A stretch of DNA of 64,000 bases, taken from contig CM082587.2 of assembly GCA_040954595.2 (NCBI GenBank), positions 7,057,705 through 7,121,704 on the forward strand. The letters are read 5' to 3'. Both the position numbers and the translations under genes were made by a program. The DNA comes from Balanoglossus misakiensis. Its lineage: Eukaryota; Animalia; Hemichordata. How positions within the stretch are numbered: the first letter of the stretch is position 1; the number at the start of each line of letters is the position of its first letter. Under the pieces are notes generated by a model that worked only from the letters and a program-made list of their open reading frames with translations, did no database searches and was not told the DNA's origin. Below, piece by piece: positions 55,501-64,000 of this stretch.

Positions 55501-58500
55501 TAGTGTCTTCAAACTTTTATACATTGATCATATTTGGCCTTTTCAACCCTGCATAAAATATTGATTCTGGGGTTGCAACCCGAAAATCAATCGACAGAAT
55601 TGACATACTGCAGAAAGTTATGGTGCACTACTGGTTATTGTGTTTCCAAGTCTCACCTTGCATGGTGGTTCTACTGGTAGTGCATGTTTTGTTTGCTTTT
55701 GTGTTTGTTTGTTTTTTTAGGGGGGGGGGTCATTTCAAGATTTACATGTACTGTATGACCATTCATATTTCGTTTTAAAAGAAATTACATTTTATCATCG
55801 TGTGACTTTTAGGATAATGTTTGGTTCAGAAAAATCTGGATTTGGGGGGAAAACAATAAAATTCTACAAAATGAATGGAGATATTGATTCACATTGATGT
55901 TCATGTCATAATGTATATGTCACAGTTTGGTCCAAATCTACAGTCTTCTATGGTGAAATTTAAGATGTTGAAGTTGAACGTCTATATGGGAAAAGTGGAT
56001 GGATGGGTTAAAATGAGATCAGATGTGAGGACTTCAAGACTGCAGACCCGATAATAAATATATAGAAATTGTCACAAAAAAGCACAGCCATGAGCTTTAA
56101 GTAAATGACATTTCCGGAATTATATCGGGAATATCTCAAAGGAGCAGACACCAGTCCCATTTAGCAATTTCTCCCCCTCATTTGCAACCAATACCGCAGC
56201 ATCAGGGATGCTCTAACAGCTGATCTCAGTTCCAGCATGGCACTGTGGAAAATGAGTTACTATTTCAGGAAGATGGCTTCTCAGCATTCAGAGTGTCATG
56301 AGTGGGTGTGCATTGTACATGTACACCTTTTCTTTGAAACCTCCACAGTGCATTTGATCTGTTTACACCATTGATATAACTTTACCCGCTAGTTTATAAT
56401 TTCACCACATTTTATATCATGTATTTTCTTCATCTCTACACAGATATTTCAGCATTCTACAACATAAAACTGATTGGTGAAAGAAAAGCAAAGTTGGGTA
56501 CATTGTATTTTCTACCAAAGTCAGAGGGTTAAAACAGAATTAACTGCAACGCTGAGTCAAATAAAACTGCAGTAGTTTCTGCAGGGCAACTCTTGTTAGA
56601 TGTTGCATTATGATTTGTTACCGCAAGTAAAATTTCCCCGATCAACAGAGTACAAAAAGTCAAACAAGCAATGAAAGCTCTCAAAAAACTGATTAAACAA
56701 CTTTCAAAATAAATCACTGAACTACTCACTTCAGCAATCTCCCTCAATGTGGCTTTCATATTTACTGAATTTCTGTCATTTGGATAAAACCACTTTTGTC
56801 CTGAGCGAAATTTGGGGTACAAACTACTTTTGTACTAGGTGTCACAGATGATACATATCAGATTAAGTGGACAGCTGTAGTGCTGGTAACAGCAGTGACA
56901 GCACAACATTTATTGAATTATAATTGTCTGCATAGACATCAAATTCAAATTCAAACACATGAAATGGTGCCACTGATACTGTACCACATCATCACATTTA
57001 TTTTCTGAAATAAAACTGATTTTGACAACACACATTTTCAGTTTTATTTGCATAAATGTTTCATATATATTATATAGTTTGTGATTTCAATATTTTATGT
57101 GTGTATAGTGCCATCTTTGTAATTAGGATATAGAACTTATTTCACTCATATTTAAATTGTATGACTTTTTACAGTATTTCAGTATGGTAGACCCAACATT
57201 ACGGTAGCTTACAAACTATCATTTGCCATCCATGGCAGAAATCGGCCATCTTGAAATTCTGTCAACCACATTACATTTTATCACTCACCTAGGTAGGTAA
57301 AACCTATTTAATGTAGTGAGAATTTGTCTATGTGGAAATCAGTGGTTACCTTAACAAACTTGGATTTCTTCTTACACACATCTTCCCATTCGTTGACTAT
57401 TCTTCCCCACAAGACCCAGGTGTCCTCTCCCAGTTCACAGTTCCCGCTCAGGTGACTGGCGATGGATCCCGTCGATTTCAGACTGGAGTCGGATCCCCTT
57501 CGTGATGATTCCGATGCAGACAGCGATTTCATCGATTTCGCATCTTGTTCCAGGATTCTGATGCAATTTATAAAACAAAAAAATACACCATATTAAAATT
57601 CATTTGAATCATATGTTGTGAGTTTAAAGGATTATCCATGTCCCTCTCTAGGTCAGACTTATTTTCACAGGAACGAGTATTTTTCTGGCTTTCATATTTA
57701 AATTTTGAATTTTAACATTTTATCCCCGTTCTTTCATATAAATTGTATACTGGTAATACCCCTTCCTGTTTCATGGGGAAAAATGATATACATATCATAC
57801 TGTGTTTATATAGAAAATTTTTATATTATTTTTCCATTTTCCCGACTGTATACAGTCAACAACTTAATGCCTATCTGTCCCATTCTTTCAACAAAGACAA
57901 CTGTCTCTCAAAATAACTGACAGACCTGTTTCAATCAACTGACACTTCAGAAAAGATGATAACATTTTATTGCATGTAATATCAGACAATATTGTTCTCA
58001 CAAGTGGCCTCCAGACAATTAATACATACAAAGAATTATCACGCCAATATTACACATTCCACCGCCCATGCTTGAACCCTGCAGCTCATTTCCATGGTAA
58101 CTGTCTCCCAGGCAACAAAATGCTGTTGTATAGCATGACTGTTCACACAACATTCGCACAATTGGAAAAGTAGCAAATTACAATAAAGGTGGAATTATAC
58201 TAGCAGGATTGCGCAATGTCAGCCCTCAATAATGGTACTGGTTCTATTTTTAAACAGTGTCATTCTGATGCTTTTATTATTTAACCACCCTTAAACATAA
58301 AGAGGTTGTTATCATTTATACAAATATTATGAATGAGCATTTTTAATTGACAATCACTTAAGCATATTGGAATAACACATTTTGGCTGTGCCATGGCTGA
58401 AATCTCAAGTTGCCATGGAAACTTGCAGTCACTAAGCTATGTTTCTGTTCAACTGTAGGCATCATTTTATTTGCCTTTCCATTTCTAAGCGATAATCATA

Positions 58501-59272
58501 TGAAATGATAGCTAACTAACCGAGAGCAAAACAGGAGGACTACAACGTAGAGAAAAAATCGCCATGGTGATGATGCTAATATCCAATAGATTACTTTGTA
58601 AAGACCGGCTGTGTCTGAGGAGAATTTTCAAATCTAATCAAGTGAAGACATGGAAAGTTACTATGCGTATTCTCAAGAGTCTAAGACAGTACCTTCATTA
58701 TATTGTGGTCAGTTTTATAGAGAAAGGTAAACGTCTAGAGCTTTTGAGCACAGTCTCATTGGCACCAAAACCTGATAATAAAACTACAACCATTTCAATG
58801 CTTCTTTTCAGATTCTCAACAACAAAAAATCGCTCCTTGTTGTAATTTTGTTAAAACTGTCTCATGTAGTCTAGACATACCGCATCCTTTTGTTGAATCT
58901 GTCACAGTGAAATCACTTTGAATATTAGTATGTGTCTGTGGACACAATTTGATTCAGTACAGAACAGTACACACAATCACACAAAGTCTCTGGAACAACT
59001 TGAAATCTATCAGTATCACTTGGCTTATATGTTTTCTTCTGCTTGTCACACCATCTTAAACTTTCAATCTACACGTAAAATTAATTTTCCGTGATAAAAA
59101 TCTAAATTCATTTCACAGTCATCGTTCTGAGAATGACAAAAACAGATGACAACACACTCGCAATGCTTGCTGTGTTAAGATCTTAGTCTGACATCACTGA
59201 CCTGTTTTGCTCTTCCAACTTTGCCAATAACTCTTCCTCCGTTTCCCCGGTGATGATGGCAATGGTTGTCAT
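39132..59272 (-). CDS. EVI5: EVI5 / EVI5-like TBC-domain Rab GTPase-activating protein, about 797 aa
   Basis: 17 GT-AG exons in consistent phase: 59202-59272, 57350-57557, 52716-52940, 51797-51871, 50388-50513, 50090-50233, 49188-49277, 43972-44069, 43721-43781, 43093-43317, 42359-42508, 41891-42037, 41393-41557, 40876-41022, 40164-40259, 39646-39741, 39132-39401. Motifs LLAKLEEQNR, WGRIVNEWE, GIPHHFRGIVWQ, IKRDIARTYPEH (R finger), GYCQG (Q finger), then a coiled coil with LQEEL..KLREAE repeats. Confidence 0.95.
41130..41345. repeat. Minisatellite, 5 units of ~40-50 bp (GGCTCTTCTATG[G/T]GAGTCAC-C-rich-CCGACT)
   Basis: Units start near 41130, 41176, 41225, 41269 and 41307 inside an EVI5 intron. 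Confidence 0.9.
42981..43076 (+). repeat. Dispersed ~95-bp repeat, copy 2 of 3
   Basis: Similar to 18564-18657 and 57232-57324. Confidence 0.8.
43322..43609. repeat. Compound (GAAT/GGAT/GAAC)n microsatellite
   Basis: Directly visible; abuts the acceptor of EVI5 exon 43093-43317. Confidence 0.95.
44814..47657 (-). CDS. Intronless Toll-like receptor (single cysteine cluster, vertebrate-type), 947 aa, nested in an EVI5 intron
   Basis: N-terminal signal peptide, many LxxLxLxxN LRRs, LRRCT (NSFECDCDLTWF...YTC...C), TM helix (LYLGVGLGCFAVVAAAAALTAAYY), and a TIR domain with box1 FDAFISY, box2 HYKDFIPG and box3 FW. Confidence 0.96.
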   Translation of the reverse strand: MHSFSSIPDYFIACLVLIQITHISGGIPPWKVFNNTHVRYRGARVDQAFVDSLPGTLTHLHIIRGGLSNITNSTFGRLDRLAELALEDNPIASIEDHAFLGQPRLKTLSLRKNTKFVESGTDCKDGYGFVLLPQMLSGLAGLTRLDLTYAGLGNSVLKRNLFEQLESLEELLLASNCFTSIEEDTFDDLVHLRVLNLSYALVEHLPAGIFRNLINLKHLFLSPTRLKAIPAEALSFPSLDRLYLGGSFEEDIYFDENFNNKSMLKVFSMNGCRSNSPIGIFCVGLTITNRTFANVKTKYFQYHQHVGLDQKSLKNLLAFPAICDILYVGWAQGLVGRVLTPEDFQGWNDRIENVRTLRLLHLGIIGIKNNTFARFRRLETLELRSNRLINALVDSNAFGGLEKLRVLDLRWNALTSIPNLDALKCSTCRLSELRLASNELQPLIPSDSFRSLPYLTTLNLSNTLVADPTVPAFYDLPQLKHLYLSDNRFQDLHYIASALSTLPTLEKLVLSNNQFIEGQFGVNMSLANIHGLKYLELSDYGADLRLLAGVKSLEVFRLFNPQIFDVVQSWKENRLYLPNLRDLHISGSKMVLDREMFGTVPQLTHLKLPNNRIDILDQDALAGLVHLSYLDLSGNDIKEIRGHPWHLPSLRTLLLADNKLSAVGQSTISREYLPSLQKLQLQTNSFECDCDLTWFRNWLVRDDVVDLPNYHAYTCSAASSPYRVLMLADFDPRDLMCQSLTGLYLGVGLGCFAVVAAAAALTAAYYRWHIRYAVFLIRCKVKGYERIPDQEKDFDAFISYNTGDEGWVQHTLVPHLESRCDTKFKVCVHYKDFIPGKTIIDNILDSIENSRKTVLVLSPNFVKSEWCHFEMQMAHHRLFEDRKDVVVLLLLEPMPDKETPRMLRKLFLRKSYLKWPKEDNDSARKLFWAQLELALKKPSTVNHVLEI
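47700..47850 (-). promoter_or_regulatory. Candidate TLR proximal promoter (ETS/PU.1, RUNX, MEF2, NF-kB motifs)
   Basis: GGAAGTG 47705-47711, ACCACA 47735-47740, GAGGAAGT (minus) 47762-47769, CTATAAATAG 47807-47816 and GGGTTTTCCC 47837-47846, all within 190 bp of the ATG. Confidence 0.45.
49699..49906. mobile_element. Tc1/mariner-type MITE, 208 bp
   Basis: Perfect 25-bp TIR CTGTAAAACACTTTATTTTCGCGAG, TA TSD on both sides, internal TTTTCGCG repeats. Confidence 0.88.
50700..50784. mobile_element. piggyBac-like ~85-bp MITE (inverted relative to 21925 and 28379)
   Basis: TTAA-CCCTTTCATC...AATGGAGTTGGACCAAACCATGGTGGTGAAAGGG. Confidence 0.7.
51905..52667. mobile_element. piggyBac-like MITE whose interior is a ~735-bp (CAT/CAC)n trinucleotide array
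   Basis: TTAA-CCCTTTCACC ... GGTGAAAGGG-TTAA enclosing the array at 51917-52652. Confidence 0.8.
53054..53236. mobile_element. Kolobok-like MITE, 183 bp
   Basis: TTAA-AGGTAAACAGTCACCT ... AGGTGACCGAATACCT-TTAA. Confidence 0.75.
54298..54467. mobile_element. Tc1/mariner (pogo/Tigger-like) MITE, 170 bp
   Basis: TA-CAGTCAAACC...GGTTTGACTG-TA with internal AGAGGTGACC repeats. Confidence 0.8.
57232..57324 (+). repeat. Dispersed ~95-bp repeat, copy 3 of 3
   Basis: Similar to 18564-18657 and 42981-43076. Confidence 0.8.
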
Positions 59273-61239
59273 GGCAACGGGCAGTTGTTCTGTCGTCAGT
59301 TCCTCGGAAAGTCAGCGGGTTCGTCGCTTCATGTAGCCATCTGTCCCAGTATTAGTATTGCATCTGGTGAATGAACAGAGCAAGGAAAAAAGAAGAGGAA
59401 ATGACAATTTTTCCAATGGATTTCACAGTCTGCTCCATCCAATATGTACAATAGTCTCACGGAATTAACTTAATAATTCTTAGCCTAAGCTAACAGGCAA
59501 CTTAGCATTCAGCTGAATTACGCCCCTCCCCCAATAAAATATCACAGACAGACTATTAGTCTGTTAACGAGACACAGAAGAAGGCATGTGATCGTGGTAC
59601 TAACAAATACATGATTGTGTATTTCTCATTTTGTGCGTGTGGTATGGTACATGTATTGTTTGTATCGTTGTGCATTTGAATTCTGGGTTTCACTTTAATG
59701 CTTATTGGACTTCTACCGTAATGGCTTCGTAAACTGCTGAGAAAGATAATGTAAGAGGCCTCCCCTTGAACTCAATCACTGTTAGTGTTTTCCTTTTGAT
59801 TGTACATAAGGTTATAGCCAAGGAGGGGGTAGTGTTGTAAACACCATTAGCCCTGGCTGACAGAACTACATCGTTCACACTATGTACTATCAATCTAGAA
59901 CTTGGTCATGGTTTAAAAAATCCTTTCTCCGTGTTTCATCAACAGGAAGATTTCTAAAAATAATGACACTTCACACAATATGAACAAATGTCAGTTTTTG
60001 TAGTATTAAACTTATTTCTGTAAGTTGACTTGAGTATGTGCTACCAAGTGAACACTTAAATGCTGCACAGCGATGACATACAAGACTAACCTCTACGCCC
60101 TGACACACTTATCCCTGGGGAAAAAAACAACTCTAGAAAATAGCTTCCATGGATTCCGATTGCAAATCATGGAAAAGGGAACAAGAAGCTTCACGGAAAT
60201 GAAAACTTGTATTCTGGCAGAAAATAAATACATTCTAATCAATAATGTACACAATCACCATGTATTGTATCAGAAAATCTTCCGCATGGCAAAATCCGGT
60301 GATACATGTAAGCATAACAGACTGAAATTTGACACTGTACCATTCTATGCAAACAGTAATGGACCAAGATACACGCTATGAAGAAAGTGGGTCCTTGGAA
60401 CTTGAGAATCTCGATCCCTTTCCAATATGTTTTCACAGCAGAACTCATGGATTAGTTTCTATGGAGAAAACCACTAAAAACAGAGCTTCCTAATAATCTC
60501 AACACAGAATTTGAATCTGAATACTCTTAATTTATAATAAAAACCTGATTTAGCAAATTTTATTCTTTCAACGATAGCTTGTATGTGTATTTCTATAGTG
60601 TGCACTCATTTTCATCAAAACCATGCTGGATAATTTACCTGTTTGAGCATTTTGTTTATTTGTATATTTTTAGATCATCCTTGATTTCAGCATATCTTAG
60701 TGGACATAAATCTAACATATATCCTGTTAGAGATCCTGACCTCTTCTGCAGGGTCAAAGTATTAGTGTATTGACTGATAGTAACAACCAGGAAATACACA
60801 GGAAGACACAAGTACTTCTTGAAAAATAAGTTGACAAGCAGATGTACCAAACAAGTTAAATAGTTGCAACATGGCCTGTATGACAATTTTGCAACCACTC
60901 ATTTTCATCACACGTATAGTATCATTCACATCGGCAAATTCTACATATGTAACCTAGACCTACATGTATGCGTACTACTGATACTACCAGTACTACTAGT
61001 CCAGACTGAAACAGCATTTCTGGAAGCATATTGCATTTAGTAATTTACACTGTGTACATGTACATACATGTATTTATGTAACCACTGGTGACTACATAAT
61101 ACATGCTATATTTTAGATAATTGTCACTATGCTGAATAAATGGGTGTGGTTGGGAATGGGAGGGTGATGAGTGGGTGCCAGAAATAGAATTTGACAATGT
61201 CGATGTACTAATAATTATCTTACTCACTCACTTTAGTTT

Positions 61240-61300
61240 ATTCATTCATTCATTCATTCATAGGCATTCATTCACTCATTCTTTCATTCATTCATTCATT
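61240..61300. repeat. (TTCA)n microsatellite, degenerate
   Basis: Directly visible. Confidence 0.8.
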
Positions 61301-63830
61301 CAACTATTTTATATACAACTGAATTCTACTAAAACGAGGTGTGGCATTTTAATAGAATTCAGTGGCATATAGACTTGTTAGTTAAAATATAATATAAAAT
61401 GATTGGTTTAGAAGTGGCTCATCACCAAAAAGGTCAAAAGAGACCTTTTTTAGGTCATAATATCAACTCTACAAGTTACCATGACAGGTACCTGTATACA
61501 TGTACCTGGAGTCCACATACCGGTAGTAATGATGGTCTACTATTTGTGTGTCTCGGCATTCTAGTTAAGTGACTGAGACATCTGGCAAATACAAATGTGT
61601 ACATCCTTGTCTGAAAACTGAATTCTACCGCACATAACAGGACTCTGAAAGAGACGCTATACATGCACAGCACATATGGGTTTCAGGACACGTCTGGAAA
61701 GCTAACTGCCCCTTACATCAGCAAGTACATCCTATAACACCTACATGTACAGTATCCATGGCAACACATTATGTTTTCAGAATCTGTAACTGGAAAGTGT
61801 GTAGTAAAACTTTAAAGACTGCAACTTAATCAGCAAACGTGATAACAGTAAAGAGTCCTTTCTTCTTCCGGCTGAAGATGGAGTTTATCCATCTGATAGA
61901 GTTTGTGCTCCATTGGTTATACATGTACATGTATGTATGATATCATTGTTGGTGTTTTTGGGCTTCCTCATTTGTTTGAAGTTTCACATGGCGCTTTATT
62001 AAAAATAAATTCAGTCCCATCATTTTGATAATGTAAAACGATCTGAAAATAGGAAGAATTCCATTTTAATGGAAAATCTAACAGTGCAAACTTACACAAC
62101 ATCAACCATACAACCATGGTATTATGATTATTTTTTTCTAAAAATAAATTCAAGCCACTAAAATTCTATGGTCTATGGTTATTACCTAAACATATTTTGG
62201 GGGATAGATTAAGGGATTTTCTGTTTCAGACAATCCTACAACCTAACACTTAATTTTTCTCTTGTAATATAAAATCCAAAGTCTTTCTGAACCAATGCAA
62301 TACACATGCACAGTGCTGGAATTGTGCCAAGCCATTTTTAACGGTATTGACATTCCTTTCACTAATCAGAAACGCCGACAGGAAAACATTTCTGGCAACT
62401 ATAATCACTACAAATGAGGAGAGTAACTACAAGGTATGTTTGGTTTAGCCTATGTGTTTGATTACTAATTACACAGAGACAGGATTTATTCTAATTTGAT
62501 CTTATTTCATTTGTAAATAATTACTTGATGCCATATAATACAACAAGGTGATTAATGTTATTATTTCTTGATGAAACTGTCAATTACAATAATATCAGCA
62601 CAGTACCTAATTTACATCCTGTATTTAGCTTTTATTAATCTGTATTAGGGACTTCAATACAGCTGCTACATTGCACGAACATGGCCTTACAAATTGCTAG
62701 ATTTCATTTGCTCGTGCATAGGGTGATCCCAACCAATATTGGATTCACCGATCTATATTTGAATGTCTAGACTGAAGTCAAATAACGTGAAGAAAATTAT
62801 ATTTTTCACATCACCATACACCTGAAAAGCCCCTAAAAACCAAATTAACTCAGGTTGGATCAATTTCATTTTATACGCTTTTTTTCTCTCTTCTGTTTGT
62901 GCGAGGTGAAGTGCAAATAAGCCGTGTTTTGTCCACTTTGCTCCAAAAGTTGGCAAAACTGGAGCAAAGCGAATAAAACACAGCTAGATACTAGACTAGC
63001 TCATTTTATATGTTTTAACTGGTGCAGGAAAAACAGAGTATGCAAATCTCAACATATACACCAGTTTTTTGAGATGTTTGGATATTATGATAAAATTATT
63101 GATTACTTGCCACAGCCTCTATAGACTATACCTAAATCATGTATGTGTTGTGACTGAGGGGATGGTTTCTGGTACTGTCGTCAGTCAAGACAATTGAGGG
63201 TGGGATGGTTTTCTTTTTCTTCCACCAGTCACCAATGAAATATGTCATATCTATATAACTGTATGTATCATTGTATGGGCTGTCGACCCACATACCATTA
63301 CCAGCAACAAACAAGGGTTCAGTCAATGAGTCACAGTGTATATACAAAACTAGTGAAAGTGTTCGCCATTTCTGCGGCAAAGATGACTCTTAAGACTAAA
63401 ACCATAGCATCTTGCGGGTGAAATGAGAAATTTTCCAAAATGTTGACCGGTTCTTGACTGAAGTGGGCGGACACGACTAGCGCCACCGCCAGCACCGCCC
63501 CCATTGCCTAACGTCTCGTCAACATTTTGGCGACCAGCAAAGTCGCCCCGATATTATCCTTCGAATATTGCATCCATTTGCCTGTTCATTAATTAAAATG
63601 GTACTGGTTGGTTTTTGAGATACATTAGACTGGTTTGACAATCTTACAAATACAGTAAGAAAACTGTAAACATAACAGACAGAACTGAACGAAAAGCGAC
63701 ACAAAGTGAGTCATAAAAACAAAATATATTCGCCCAACGGGTTCCACAAAACTCATCACGGATATCTTTGTTTGCGGGGTTGTTATTGTCTGCGTTACGA
63801 AATCTTGAAAGAATTCACGTAAAATCTTAC

Positions 63831-64000
63831 CTCCCCTTCACCAATCGGGTCCGATGATGCGCGCAGCCGTCAAAAATAATTTATACTCCAGTTACAGTCG
63901 AGTGGAGCTGATCAGCGATACTGATACCGAATTTGTGCGATCCGTGTATGTATCAGACACGTTGAGAGACCTCGGTCGACGTCCGCTGCTGATGGTCGGT
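63831..64000 (-). promoter_or_regulatory. Probable non-coding first exon of EVI5 in a CpG-rich region
   Basis: GAG|GTAAGA donor at 63825-63830 on the minus strand, CpG-rich sequence, GC boxes at 63465-63500. The downstream start-containing exon has an acceptor at 59364-59365. Confidence 0.4.

Noticed and set aside
1-64000. Frequent TACATGTA/ACATGT palindromes
   Set aside because: Dispersed with no array structure; treated as a genome-wide compositional feature, not counted or tested.

Overview
AT-rich eukaryotic genomic DNA with spliced genes. The intron structure, repeats and a single-cysteine-cluster TLR suggest a marine invertebrate deuterostome (inference). Genes were assembled by hand from splice sites: (1) the 5' part of a stomatin-family gene on the minus strand, with one conserved exon at 492-598 and several candidate alternative first exons up to 24830; (2) casein kinase 2 beta (CSNK2B, minus) with a tandemly duplicated, intact last coding exon giving two alternative C-termini; (3) POLE3/CHRAC17 (plus), head-to-head with CSNK2B and carrying a U12-type intron; (4) EVI5 TBC/RabGAP (minus, 17 coding exons, about 797 aa); (5) an intronless 947-aa Toll-like receptor nested on the same strand inside an EVI5 intron, with an immune-type motif cluster just upstream. 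Human homologues of four of these genes lie in the MHC paralogons (6p21, 9q32-33, 1p22/19p13), suggesting a proto-MHC segment. Non-coding DNA holds many non-autonomous DNA transposons (TA, TTA, TTAA and 9-bp TSD families), including a 22-bp palindrome with a perfect 9-bp TSD and a piggyBac-like element filled with trinucleotide repeat. All coordinates and motifs were read manually; no database searches were run.
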